Position numbers and translations under genes: made by a program
IMG/VR virus record: IMGVR_UViG_3300029092_000103
DNA from: a virus
DNA: 64,000 nucleotides
Direction: 5' to 3' (one strand)
In this document: piece after piece, positions 34,480-45,800 of the stretch
How the letters are laid out: every line of letters begins with the position of its first letter
Numbering within the stretch: the stretch's first letter is position 1
Notes under the pieces: model-generated
Database searches by the model: none
The model's input: the letters and a program-made list of their open reading frames with translations, nothing else
Told to the model about the DNA's origin: nothing

Positions 34480-37400
34480 ATGGCATCCAGAATCCAGGGC
34501 ATCGCCGTTGAAATCGGCGGCGATACCACAAAGCTCTCCAAAGCACTGGAAGGTGTAAACAAATCAATAAAGGGGACGCAGTCCGGACTGAAGGATGTCA
34601 ACAAACTCCTGAAGCTGGACCCCTCGAATACTGAACTGGTCGTCCAGAAGCAGAAGATGCTCAAGGATGCCATTGAAGCCACCAAGGAAAAGCTGGCAAC
34701 CTTAAAGACCGCTGCACAGCAGGCCAATGAACAGCTTGCCAATGGTGAAATCACCCAGCAACAGTACGATGCTCTCCAGCGTGAGATTGCTGAGACAGAA
34801 CAGAATCTGAAATCCCTGCAGGAGCAGGCGGCGACCACTAACGCGACCCTTGCCAAAATCGATGAGGCCGGCGAAAAATTACAGAACCTTGGCTCTTCGG
34901 TCGAAAATGTGGGTAAGAAGTTCCTTCCTGTGACCGCAGCTGTGACCGGCCTCGGCACAGCGGCAGTGAAAACAGCGGCTGACTTCGATGCTGAGATGAG
35001 CAAGGTTTCTGCTATTTCCGGTGCGACCGGGGCTGACTTTGACAAACTCCGTGCGAAAGCCCGTGAGATGGGCGCAAAGACCAAATTCTCCGCAACAGAA
35101 GCCGCCTCCGCGATGGAGTATATGGCGATGGCCGGTTGGCGCACCGAAGATATGCTTTCTGGTATTGAGGGCATTATGAACCTCGCGGCCGCTTCCGGTG
35201 AAGACCTCGCCACGACCTCGGATATCGTCACGGACGCCCTTACCGCTTTCGGCCTGTCGGCTTCAGATTCCGGTCATTTTGCGGATATCCTTGCGGCAGC
35301 TTCTTCCAACGCGAACACCAACGTCAGCATGATGGGCGAGACGTTCAAGTACTGTGCGCCTATCGCCGGCGCGTTGGGATTCTCGGCAGAGGATACCGCA
35401 GAAGCCATCGGCCTCATGGCAAACAGCGGTATCAAGGCTTCGCAGGCTGGTACTTCTCTGCGTTCCATTATGAACAACCTTGCCGGTGATGTGACCTTTG
35501 TCGGCAAGAACATCGGTGAGGTCACGATTGCTACCAGCAATGCAGACGGCAGTATGAGAAGCCTGAATGACATTCTTGCAGACTGCCGTGTGGCTTTTGC
35601 AGGATTGTCTGAATCCGAAAAGGCAGCCAATGCGGAAGCTCTGGTCGGCAAGAATGCAATGTCCGGCTTCCTCGCTCTGATGAATGCCGGCGAGGGGGAT
35701 ATCAATAAACTCCGTGGTGCAATCGAGGGATGCGATGGCGCATCCGAACGCATGGCAGAAACCATGCAGGACAATTTAAGTGGTCAGCTCACCATTCTGA
35801 AATCTCAGTTGGAGGAGCTGGCCATTTCTTTTGCCGATATCCTGATGCCGACCATCCGCAAAATCGTATCGGCGGTGCAGCAGTTTGTTGATAAGCTGAA
35901 CAGCATGGACGACAGCACCAGAGAGGTGATTATCCGAGTCGCGCTGCTGGCAGCTGCGATTGGTCCGCTGCTCATTGTTCTGGGTAAGACCATATCAACG
36001 GTCGGCACAGCGATGCGGGGATTCAGTTCTCTCGCAAAGGGTGTCCGGCTGCTCATTACCCACGTGGGTGGTGCCAGCGGTGCATTCGGCAAACTGGGCG
36101 CAGTGCTGGGCGGCCTATCCGGGCCGGTTGTGGCGGTGGTCGCGGTCATCGGTACACTGGTAGCAGCATTTCTCGATTTGTGGAATACAAACGAGGAATT
36201 CCGTACAGCAATCACTGGCATCTGGAACGATATCGTATCCAAAGTGAAAGCCTTCTGCGACCAGTTGACGCAGCGGATCAATGCACTCGGCTTTGATTTT
36301 AAGGATATCACTCAGGTTCTGCAATCAATCTGGAACGGATTCTGTCAGTTGCTGGCCCCACTGTTCGAAGGCGCATTTCAGAATATCTCTACTATCCTCG
36401 GCGTCGTGCTTGATTCGATGGTCGGTCTGCTCGATGTTTTCTCTAACATTTTCTCCGGAAATTGGCGTGGAGCGTGGGAGTCGGCAAAGAGTATTTTCTC
36501 TGGAATCTGGCAGGGCATCCGCTCGATTCTCTCTGTTACCCTTACGACTCTGCGGAATACGCTGGATGTTTTCCTTGGATTCTTCGGTACAAGCTGGCAG
36601 TCTGTCTGGAGCGGCATCCAGCAGTTCTTTGTGTCGATTTGGAGTGGAATCAGCGGATTTTTCTCGGATACGGCTTCGTCCATTTATTCGGTGGCAATCT
36701 CTGTGTTTACGGGGATTTCCGGATTCTTCACTTCGATTTTGACCTCGATCCAGACGACCTTCCGCACGACATGGACGGCGATTTCGCAGTCGGTTTCGTC
36801 TGCACTGACCGTGATCCACGACACTGTGGTGCGTGTATGGATGGCAATCTCGACTGTAATCTCGTCTGTGATGACTTCCATCTGTGAGACAATCCTGCAG
36901 GTTTGGTCCGGAATCTACACCACGATCCAGCCTCTGCTGGAGGCATTCCAATACCTGTTCAAGACGATTTGGCAGGCCATTCAGATTTTGGTCGGTGCTG
37001 CACTGACGGAAATTCACTCGAAAATCGTTTCGATTTGGAATTCTATCGTTGCATTTGTGACACCCCTACTTTCTGGCCTACAGTCGGTTTTCTCGGCAGC
37101 ATGGACAGACATCCAGCTGGCGATCTCTACGGTGCTGACGGCAATCCGGACTTCGGTGACATCTATCTGGAATGCAATCGTATCGTTCCTCTCGCCGCTG
37201 CTGACCGGAATCCAGACTCGGATGACCTCCGCATGGATGGCAATCCAGAATGTGATTTCGACTACTCTCTCGACAATCCATTCGGTGGTGTCGTCTATTT
37301 GGATGGCTATTAGCAGTAAAATTTCGTCTGTGGTTTCGGGCATCCGGTCCGTGATTTCTTCCGGCTGGAACTTCATGAAATCCACAGTTACGAATCTCAG

Positions 37401-39471
37401 CAACGAAATCCGCTCGGCAGCGACAAGTGCATTCGAGTCTATGAAGTCTGGAATCTCGTCCACAATTTCGGGCATCCAGACTACGATTTCGACCGGATTC
37501 AACAATGCAGTTTCGTTCATCAAGGGGTTGATAGGGCAGGCGTTCTCGTGGGGCTCTGACCTGATCGGAAACATCGTGTCGGGCATCAAGTCACGGATTC
37601 AGGATGTGACAAATGCAGTGACCGGTGTGGCAGATAAGATCCGCTCAGTCCTTCACTTTTCTGTGCCGGATGAAGGCCCACTTTCCGATGCAGATGAGTA
37701 TATGCCCGACTTCATGAAGCTGCTGGCGACCGGAATTAAGAAAAATGTCCGTGTTGTCGTGAAGGCGGTGCGTGGTCTGGCTTCGTCTATGAGTGACAAT
37801 CTGACCACTCCCGTCGATTCTCTGAGCGACTGGATGGATTCTGTAGTCGGTGGTTTTGCAACGACCATTCACAGAAGCGAACGCGGAATCGGCTCGGCGG
37901 CAGGAAGCGTGGGTCGCAGCATTCAATCGCAGCTCATGTCCGGACTTTCCGGCGTGAAGACGCAGTTCCAGCAGCTCTGGACCGACCTGCAGGGTATCAC
38001 CAAGGCAGCAGTCGGCAACATGAGCGATGAAGTGAAGCAGGGCTTCGCGGATATGAAATCTTCCATTAGTGAACTGAGTCAGGAAACCAGTTCACTTGGC
38101 AGTGCAATCCGCAGTCTCGGCGACACTTTCAACTCTGATTTCCTGAAAAATCTGGGAAATGGCATCAGCAAAATCGGCGATACGGTAGACAGCGTCATCC
38201 GCATTGTGGACAAGATCGGCTCCATGAAGACCACGATTGGAAATCTCGGAAGTACGATGCAGAACCTCGGCAACATTCTCGGTACAGAGAATGGCGGTGG
38301 TCTGCTGTCTAACCTTGGCAGTTTCCTGTCGAAAATCGGTACTGCGGATGGCGGCCAGATCGTAGCCAAATTCGGAGAGTTAATCTCCGGTTTGACCTCT
38401 AAAATGGGCGGTCTGGGGCAGGGAATTTCCAGCATCCTCTCTAAACTGGGAAGCCTCGGCTCCAGCAGTAGCGGAATCCTATCGAGCCTCGGCAGTCTGG
38501 CGTCCGGTGTGATCTCCAAACTTGGAGGTCTGGGCGGCAGCCTGACCGGATTGCTCTCCGGAATTGGCTCATCGCTGGGTAGCATCGCCGGGTCGGTCGG
38601 CTCAGCATTGGCAGGTCTGTTCGGGTCAGTCGGCTCTACCGTCTCCAGTCTGGCCGCTGGCGCAGGCACAGCCCTTGCTGGCGTGGCAAGTTCAGCAGGT
38701 GGCCTCCTCGCATCGGCAGGTACAGCACTCGCGGGTCTGGCTGGTCCGGCCGGCATCGCAGTCGCGGCAGTCGGCGGTATCGGCCTTGGTTTGACCGCTC
38801 TCTGGAAGCATTGCGATGGTTTCCGTGAGGGTGTGACGAATATTTGGAACAAAGTGACATCGGTATTCTCGAAGGGCGCGGCGGCGATCAAGAACGGAAT
38901 CTCCAATGCGGCGTCTGCGATAAGCAGCGTGGCATCGTCTATTTGGAGTGGCATTAAGAATGTGACCTCGTCTGCCTGGAACTGGGGTAAGGATATCGTC
39001 GGTGGTATCGCCGGTGGCATCAAAAAAGGGGTGAGCTGGGTCGGTAGTGCGGTGAAGAGCGTAGCAAAGGGAATCCGCTCGTTCCTTCACTTCTCTGTGC
39101 CGGACGAAGGCCCGTTGTCTGATGCTGACACCTATATGCCGGACTTTATGAAGCTCTTGACGAGTGGCATCAAGGGCAGCGAGGGCGGTCTGCTGAAACA
39201 GGTCCGCTCTATGGTATCTAAGGTACAGCAAGGAATGGCGGGCATCAGTTCCTTCAGCCTGCCGGAACTGACCCTGCCGCACTTTGACGGTTTCGCATGG
39301 AACTTCCCACAGGCGGCACTGGCCGGAGGCAACACTACGCGGACGACAAACCTTGGCGGTGTGTATATCACGGTCAACGGTTACAACGCCCGGAACGATG
39401 ATGAACTGGCACAGACCGTTGCCGATAAAATCAACGGCATGATTCATGAAGATGATTCGGTATTCAAGTAA
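34480..39471 (+). CDS. Tail tape measure protein (1,664 aa)
   Basis: N-terminal coiled-coil and a long repetitive Ser/Gly/Ala/Ile-rich middle. An internal motif of about 33 aa, LHFSVPDEGPLSDAD(E/T)YMPDFMKLL, occurs twice. Confidence 0.85.
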   Translation: MASRIQGIAVEIGGDTTKLSKALEGVNKSIKGTQSGLKDVNKLLKLDPSNTELVVQKQKMLKDAIEATKEKLATLKTAAQQANEQLANGEITQQQYDALQREIAETEQNLKSLQEQAATTNATLAKIDEAGEKLQNLGSSVENVGKKFLPVTAAVTGLGTAAVKTAADFDAEMSKVSAISGATGADFDKLRAKAREMGAKTKFSATEAASAMEYMAMAGWRTEDMLSGIEGIMNLAAASGEDLATTSDIVTDALTAFGLSASDSGHFADILAAASSNANTNVSMMGETFKYCAPIAGALGFSAEDTAEAIGLMANSGIKASQAGTSLRSIMNNLAGDVTFVGKNIGEVTIATSNADGSMRSLNDILADCRVAFAGLSESEKAANAEALVGKNAMSGFLALMNAGEGDINKLRGAIEGCDGASERMAETMQDNLSGQLTILKSQLEELAISFADILMPTIRKIVSAVQQFVDKLNSMDDSTREVIIRVALLAAAIGPLLIVLGKTISTVGTAMRGFSSLAKGVRLLITHVGGASGAFGKLGAVLGGLSGPVVAVVAVIGTLVAAFLDLWNTNEEFRTAITGIWNDIVSKVKAFCDQLTQRINALGFDFKDITQVLQSIWNGFCQLLAPLFEGAFQNISTILGVVLDSMVGLLDVFSNIFSGNWRGAWESAKSIFSGIWQGIRSILSVTLTTLRNTLDVFLGFFGTSWQSVWSGIQQFFVSIWSGISGFFSDTASSIYSVAISVFTGISGFFTSILTSIQTTFRTTWTAISQSVSSALTVIHDTVVRVWMAISTVISSVMTSICETILQVWSGIYTTIQPLLEAFQYLFKTIWQAIQILVGAALTEIHSKIVSIWNSIVAFVTPLLSGLQSVFSAAWTDIQLAISTVLTAIRTSVTSIWNAIVSFLSPLLTGIQTRMTSAWMAIQNVISTTLSTIHSVVSSIWMAISSKISSVVSGIRSVISSGWNFMKSTVTNLSNEIRSAATSAFESMKSGISSTISGIQTTISTGFNNAVSFIKGLIGQAFSWGSDLIGNIVSGIKSRIQDVTNAVTGVADKIRSVLHFSVPDEGPLSDADEYMPDFMKLLATGIKKNVRVVVKAVRGLASSMSDNLTTPVDSLSDWMDSVVGGFATTIHRSERGIGSAAGSVGRSIQSQLMSGLSGVKTQFQQLWTDLQGITKAAVGNMSDEVKQGFADMKSSISELSQETSSLGSAIRSLGDTFNSDFLKNLGNGISKIGDTVDSVIRIVDKIGSMKTTIGNLGSTMQNLGNILGTENGGGLLSNLGSFLSKIGTADGGQIVAKFGELISGLTSKMGGLGQGISSILSKLGSLGSSSSGILSSLGSLASGVISKLGGLGGSLTGLLSGIGSSLGSIAGSVGSALAGLFGSVGSTVSSLAAGAGTALAGVASSAGGLLASAGTALAGLAGPAGIAVAAVGGIGLGLTALWKHCDGFREGVTNIWNKVTSVFSKGAAAIKNGISNAASAISSVASSIWSGIKNVTSSAWNWGKDIVGGIAGGIKKGVSWVGSAVKSVAKGIRSFLHFSVPDEGPLSDADTYMPDFMKLLTSGIKGSEGGLLKQVRSMVSKVQQGMAGISSFSLPELTLPHFDGFAWNFPQAALAGGNTTRTTNLGGVYITVNGYNARNDDELAQTVADKINGMIHEDDSVFK

Positions 39472-39479
39472 AGGGGGAG

Positions 39480-40262
39480 ATGCGTATGGGCTACAATGCC
39501 CCAAAGCAGACTGTATCGCAGTTTCAGCTTAAAGGCAGATATGCCAGACAGTATCTGTCGTTTGCAGGGAAGTCCAGCAAGGACTTCCTTTTATATTTAT
39601 CTGGTCCCGGTGTGTATGATTCTCCGGCTGCGGATGTGGATACCACCTCGGTTCCCGGCCGCAATGGAGATATTATCACAGAAAAGGCAAAAGCCGGACG
39701 GCGTCGGTATCAGAATGTGGATATCAAGTACAAGGCCTTCTTCTTCAACGGCCTGCCGGCCAAGACCGCAGCAGTCAAGGCATGGCTGCTCTCGCCGGTG
39801 GGGTATCAAAAATTGCAGGACACCTACGACCCGGATTTCTTCCGAATGGCGGTCTGCAAAGATGCCCTTGCCTTTGATGTGACTGCCCAGAGAGCCGCGG
39901 AAATGGAGCTAACCTTTAACTGCAAGCCCCAGCGGTGGAGTGTAGAGGGGCAGAGAAGCATTCGGCTGGAAAGCAGAGCAACGCTCAAAAATCCCTTTGC
40001 TTTCCCTGCACAGCCCATCTTCAAGGTCTATGGAGACAGCGGCGGTGAGCTGTATGTGGGCGAAGAGAAGATCACCATTCACAGCATCACGGACTATGTG
40101 CTGCTCAACTGTGAAACGCACAATGCCTACAATGCTACCGGATTTTGCAATGAAACCATTCTTTCGAATGACTTTCCAGAACTGCCGGAGGGCAAGACAC
40201 AGATCACATGGACAGGCGGTATTACGGCAGTGGAGGTCATTCCACGTTGGTGGACGCTTTGA
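39480..40262 (+). CDS. Distal tail protein (Dit, siphovirus tail family)
   Basis: Assigned from position after the tape measure, its size, and the beta-rich sequence. Confidence 0.7.
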   Translation: MRMGYNAPKQTVSQFQLKGRYARQYLSFAGKSSKDFLLYLSGPGVYDSPAADVDTTSVPGRNGDIITEKAKAGRRRYQNVDIKYKAFFFNGLPAKTAAVKAWLLSPVGYQKLQDTYDPDFFRMAVCKDALAFDVTAQRAAEMELTFNCKPQRWSVEGQRSIRLESRATLKNPFAFPAQPIFKVYGDSGGELYVGEEKITIHSITDYVLLNCETHNAYNATGFCNETILSNDFPELPEGKTQITWTGGITAVEVIPRWWTL

Positions 40263-40268
40263 TGGGAG

Positions 40269-42110
40269 ATGAGGCCGGTGATCCCATGCTTATATGATTC
40301 CAAAGAAATGAAGTTCACCCATAACGGCATCGGGAAGCTGGCCGACACACAGTCCTGTACTGTGACCGAAAAGCGAAACGGCAGTTATGAGCTGAAGCTG
40401 GTCTGTCCGGCAGATGGTATCCATGCCGAAATGCTGGAGGAGGGGAATATCATCCTCGCCAAGCCCTCCGACACTATGCAGAGCCAGCCGTTCCGTATCT
40501 ACAAGATCACCACTCCCATTGACGGGAAACTGGAAGTGCAGGCACGGCACATTTCCTATCAGCTCAACTTTATTACAGTTTCCCCGTTTTCAGTGACCGG
40601 GTGTATCGGAGCAATGCAGGGACTGAAAAGTCATGCGGCTTCCGACTGCCCATTCGATGTCTGGACGGATGTGGATTCCAGTGCAACCTTTACGCTGGGG
40701 GTTCCATCCTCGTTTCGTAACTGTCTGGGCGGCATGGATGCTTCTGTGCTGGATACCTTCGATGGAGAATTCGAGTGGGATAGATATCTGGTCAAGTTCC
40801 ATAAGGCCAGAGGTGCGGATCATAATGTCCACATCACCTACGGCAAGAATCTGACTGACTTCAAGATGGAAAAATCCATCGAGAACACCATCACAGGTGT
40901 GCATCCGTATTGGGCGGACAGCGAAACACAGGAGGTCATGGAACTGCCGGAAAAGGTAGTGCTGATGAGCAAGAAGTTTGTTCCATATCAGAAAATCACT
41001 GTGCTGGACTGCACCAGTGACTTTCAGGAGAAACCTACGGAGGACGCACTGAGAGAATTTGCCCAGAACTATATCGACACGACCGACCTGATCGAGCCGG
41101 AGATTGACATCAAAATCGACTTTGTTCAGCTCTGGAATACACCAGGATACGAGGATATTGTGGAAGCGGAGCGTGTTTCCCTCTGCGATACCGTCCATGT
41201 GTATATCTCGAAGCTGGGCATCGAGGTCAGCTCTAAGGTCACGGAAACCGAGTATGATTCGCTGCTGGAACGGTATAACAGCATCACGCTGTCGAACTCC
41301 ACGGTCAGCAGTCGGAATTCCTCGTTGACAGGTTCGCTGAACAGTATCCGGAATACAGCGACCATTGCTTACGACACTGCAATCCGTGCAGAAACAGCTG
41401 TGGGAGAACAGGTCGGTGGAATCACAGCATCGATCATCTATGACGGTACACTTTTTGCTGCGCTGTTCGGACTACATTATAAAAATGAGACTGACAGCAA
41501 AGGCAACACTGTCCGCTATGCGTTCAATGCCAGAGCTTTGAGTCAGTCTACGGTAGCGTGGAAAAACAGCTCTGCCGGGTTATTTGTATCTACCGATGGT
41601 GGTAAGACGTGGGGCTATGGCTGGGAGTCAGATGATACTGCAGACAAAACAGCAATCCTGCTGGAACAGACCCTCAAGGAACTGGACGACCGCTATAAGA
41701 AAGCAACAGAGCTTTCCGAAGATTTACTGAAAGAGCTGGATGAACGGTACAAAACGGCGACCGCCATTTCTGCAGAGCTTCAGAAAACACTCGATCAGCG
41801 GTATGAAACAGCAAAGAAGCTGTCCAAAGAGCTGTATGAGGAGTTGGACAAGCGGTATGGAACTGGAAACACGGGAATCCCTGTGTCGGAAACAACACCG
41901 GAAGCCCCGGCAGTCGATACCCTCTGGGTCGATAAGAAGAACCTGCGGTTAAAGCTCTGGGATGGCGAGCAGTGGCAGACGGTTGGCTATGAGCCGGAGA
42001 AACCCGACCCGGAACCAACTGATCCAGAGCCCACGGAACCCACAGAGCCAGAGATTCCAGATACAGAAGACAAAGAAGAAGGTGACACCGAGGAAGGAGG
42101 GGGCGCGTAA
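40269..42110 (+). CDS. Tail-associated lysin / tail endopeptidase-like protein (Tal)
   Basis: Prophage-tail-like N-terminal domain, coiled-coil repeats (LKELDDRYKKATELSEDLLKELDERYKTA...), and a C-terminal PEPT-rich linker. Confidence 0.7.
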   Translation: MRPVIPCLYDSKEMKFTHNGIGKLADTQSCTVTEKRNGSYELKLVCPADGIHAEMLEEGNIILAKPSDTMQSQPFRIYKITTPIDGKLEVQARHISYQLNFITVSPFSVTGCIGAMQGLKSHAASDCPFDVWTDVDSSATFTLGVPSSFRNCLGGMDASVLDTFDGEFEWDRYLVKFHKARGADHNVHITYGKNLTDFKMEKSIENTITGVHPYWADSETQEVMELPEKVVLMSKKFVPYQKITVLDCTSDFQEKPTEDALREFAQNYIDTTDLIEPEIDIKIDFVQLWNTPGYEDIVEAERVSLCDTVHVYISKLGIEVSSKVTETEYDSLLERYNSITLSNSTVSSRNSSLTGSLNSIRNTATIAYDTAIRAETAVGEQVGGITASIIYDGTLFAALFGLHYKNETDSKGNTVRYAFNARALSQSTVAWKNSSAGLFVSTDGGKTWGYGWESDDTADKTAILLEQTLKELDDRYKKATELSEDLLKELDERYKTATAISAELQKTLDQRYETAKKLSKELYEELDKRYGTGNTGIPVSETTPEAPAVDTLWVDKKNLRLKLWDGEQWQTVGYEPEKPDPEPTDPEPTEPTEPEIPDTEDKEEGDTEEGGGA

Positions 42111-42778
42111 TGGTCACAAGCATTTATCAGGAAGTGGAGCTGTCGCTGACGGAAAATCTCATCCCGGTGACAGTTCCGGTCAAGCAGTATGACAACAAAG
42201 CACGGAAAGTTCGCTGTGTCCTATATAACAACTCCGTGCAGTATTCTGTGCCGCAGGACTGCATCGTAGCCTGTTCCGGCACCAGACCGGACGGTACGAT
42301 TTTTCACTACACCAGCGAAACGGCAACTGACCTTGTATTTGTCGAAAATGGAGCGGTCGTCTTTACGATTACGGCTTTCATGACCGCGCAGGCAGGACGG
42401 TTTCCGCTGGATATTGTTATGCTCAGCACAGCAGGTGATGTCCTTGGCTCGTTCTCCCTCACACTGAAAGTGGAGCGGGCGGCCATCAACAACGGTAAGA
42501 TCGCCACTTACACTTATGCCGGTGTGGTGGAAGCCATCCGCAAAGGACTGCTGGAAGTATATATCACGGACGATGGCTATTTTGCCATTGTGTCGGAGGA
42601 TGGGCTTGGCTTCAGCGATAAGTCGGAGTCCAGTACCATCCAGAAGTTCATCGAGAATCTGCTCAATTGCACGGTCACGGATGACGGCTATCTTGCCTTC
42701 ACCACGGAAGATGGCCTGAAGCTCATCTTCTCGATGGACGATGACGGACGACTGGTCGTAGAGTTTGCAAACGGCTGA
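42110..42778 (+). CDS. Baseplate upper protein (BppU-like)
   Basis: Assigned from position and a BppU_N-like N-terminus. Confidence 0.55.
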   Translation: MVTSIYQEVELSLTENLIPVTVPVKQYDNKARKVRCVLYNNSVQYSVPQDCIVACSGTRPDGTIFHYTSETATDLVFVENGAVVFTITAFMTAQAGRFPLDIVMLSTAGDVLGSFSLTLKVERAAINNGKIATYTYAGVVEAIRKGLLEVYITDDGYFAIVSEDGLGFSDKSESSTIQKFIENLLNCTVTDDGYLAFTTEDGLKLIFSMDDDGRLVVEFANG

Positions 42779-42801
42779 TGCAGCCGGGAAAGGAGAAAAA
42801 T

Positions 42802-45800
42802 ATGTCGGAATATATCGGCAATCGTATCGTTCCGCACCATGATGGTGTTTGGGACAAAACGAAAGAATATGAACCGTTGACCATTGTATATGAGGAAGCA
42901 ACGGGTGACAGCTATATCAGCCGCAAACCTGTGCCGGCCGGAACGCTTCTGTCGCAGGAGAAATACTGGGCGATGTGTTCCCGGTTCTCGGAGCAGATGG
43001 CACTTCATCGGAAAAAGACTGCGCAGGATGTGGCTGATATCACGAAGAAAGTGGATGCCACCAACAGTGCCGTTGCTGCGAATAAGGCAGAAATGGACAA
43101 GACCGCAGAAACGCTGAAAGCCCAGATTGATGCCAATGTCAAGGCATCTACGGACAAAAATGCCAACTATGCGCAGGAGTTGGTGGATGCTCGTGTGGAT
43201 GATACCGGAAAAACCTATGGCACGGCAGGCGACAATGTCCGAGCCATCGGCAGAGTGCGTTCCATGCAGGATGTCATGAAGAACTGGTATCTGAATGCCG
43301 GCTATGTGAACAAAAACGGCTACATTACTGCGTCTGAGAGCTGGCGTGTGGCGCATCTAATCCCAGTCAGTGGTGATTCCATTCTGGTGACTGGTCAGTT
43401 CGGCTATATGAGCGGCAGTGATGAGTACAACAATGTGGTCTGCTATGACATGGATCGCAAATTCCTCGGCGGCTGCTTCCGGGCAGAAAATAACAAAGTC
43501 TATGACAATTATGTGATCACGTTGCTCCCGAATACCCGTTTCATTTCCATTACTACTAGTGAAAAGCTGCTGCCGAAGCTCTCTGTATACCTTTACGACA
43601 ATATGCTCCCGTTGAATCTTTTGTCGAATTACGCGACTAGCTGGCAGTGGATGAACGGAAGCGTGGACATCAGGTTTACGGGTAGTAAGGTGACCGTTAC
43701 CTTCCCGGAGGGTAAGAATGTATATGTCTGCCGCCGCCCGAATGGTACTCAGTATGAGCAGACGCTGTTGACTGATGCAAGCAGCATTTCGGTGGATTTC
43801 TCCACAAAAAAGTGGTGGGCTGTCTACTATGATGGCAAGGAAGTATCTGCGGACGAGTCTGGAACGAAGATTGAAGTTCCGGTCATCAGGGTGGCAAATA
43901 CCGATGGGGACTGGGGCAAGTTGTTCACCCGGAACCGTTTTGTGTTTGCTGTGTTTTATGATGGTAATGTCGTATATGCTGCTCCATCCAACAACGGTAC
44001 GGTCATCAACGGCATCGACTACGGTAATCCGGCGAAGATTGCTTATAATGCGGTGACCCAGCACAAGTACCGCTCGGCGAAGATGTTCCTTTCCACGGGT
44101 CAGCTCATGATTGACACCGTCAACCGCACCATTCAGGTCACTAAACGGATTCTTGCTGCGGTGGATAACGGCACCTACTACTGGATTAGTGTCGGTGAGG
44201 AGCCTGTGCCGATACTGGACAGCGAGGAAGCAGAAAAGCACCACATGCTGATTTTGGCCTATGATTCCTCCAAGGGTGAAATCAACCTTTACAACACTGC
44301 GCAATTCCGTGCGTTGGGAGCTTTTGGCTATTATATCGCCGCATGGTATGAGAATCACTTCTGGTATCCGCACATGGGCTCGTCCTTCAGCATCGTACTG
44401 AATGGTACGGAGTATAAGGCAGGTGCACTGTTCGATGAGGAGCGCCGTGATTCTTATGTTGAGAAAAAGTATGCGAACCAGTTCCAGCAGATTCGTTCTG
44501 ACCTTGCCGGCCGCGATTCCCGGCACATGTATCTGGCAAGTGGTGGAATCACCATCGATCAGAATGCTGGCACGATTCAGGTCAGCTCCAAGTGTCTGGG
44601 TGTGCCGGATACGTTCCACTATCAGTGGATCACCGCAAGTGACCCGGTGGAGATGGCGTTCAATACGGCCGGTTCTTATGGAATGCCGATGCGTATCCTC
44701 GCTTACGATGCCAGTACGCAGACCATTAACCTGTATGACACCAGCCTGTTCCGAAAGCTGGGCACGAACGGTTTCTATATCGCAAGCTGGTATCTGAGCA
44801 AGCTGTATAATCCGCATATCAACCCGGATGTGACCTTTATCGTAAACGGAAAGGAATACAAAGCTGGTGACCTGTTTGCGGACAATGAGGCATCCTTTAT
44901 CCCGAAGCGTATTACTGACTATGTTCAGAAAGCAGTATCGGGTAACACAGAGGATGACATCGTGACCCCGTCCCATTGGGACTGCATGGAGGGGCGGCAA
45001 TTGTCTATCTTCTATGACTGCCTTTCCCGGCATGATGGCAAGGAAAATCTGTATGTGTTCGCCAAAGGTACGAATGCGCCGACGTTGACCCGGAACGAAT
45101 ACTGCATGAACTACACCCCGACCACTGAAAGCTCGGATTTCTCCCTGACGGTTCGCCGTCTGGATGAGAATGACTGCCACATCGTTTCTTCCAAAGCGGT
45201 GCAGGTGAAAGTCCACCATAAGCTGAAGAATAAGCTCACGAAGAATGTCTGCATTTGCGGTGATTCTCTCGTGGACAATGGTCATGTGGCAACGGAAGTG
45301 TACCGGCTGCTGGCAGAGGATGGCGACTGTGTGATCCATCAGCTCGGCACGAGAGGCCCGGACGGTGGTAAGCATGAGGGGCGCGGCAGTTGGACCTTCG
45401 CCCGGTATCTGGCAGACAGCGACTACGCCGGCAAGACCAATGCTTTCTGGGATAAGCTCAAGAGTCGGCTGGACTTCCAGAAGTACTGTGAAACCAACGG
45501 CTATGAGGGCATCGATTACTTTCTGATTGCACTTGGCACCAATGATGTGTCTCAGGGCAGTACGCTGTACCGCACCGAGGCAGAAGTGCAGAAGTTCGTG
45601 GACCAGGCAAAGCAGTTCATTGATGCGCTGCTGGATAAGGAAACCGGCTTCCCGAACTGCAAGGTCGGTATTGGCCTTTGTGGTCCCGGCTCGGATTACT
45701 CCTACCAGTGCGGTGCAAGCATGGGCATTTTCCATATGAGCATTAATACGCTGAACCTCGCACTGATCAAGGCATTTGATGCTGGCAAGTACCATAAGAA

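Noticed and set aside
38079-39023. 314-aa minus-strand ORF and other internal ORFs within 34.4-39.5 kb
   Set aside because: They lie inside the tape-measure gene, whose repetitive Ser/Gly/Ala-rich sequence creates long spurious frames on both strands.
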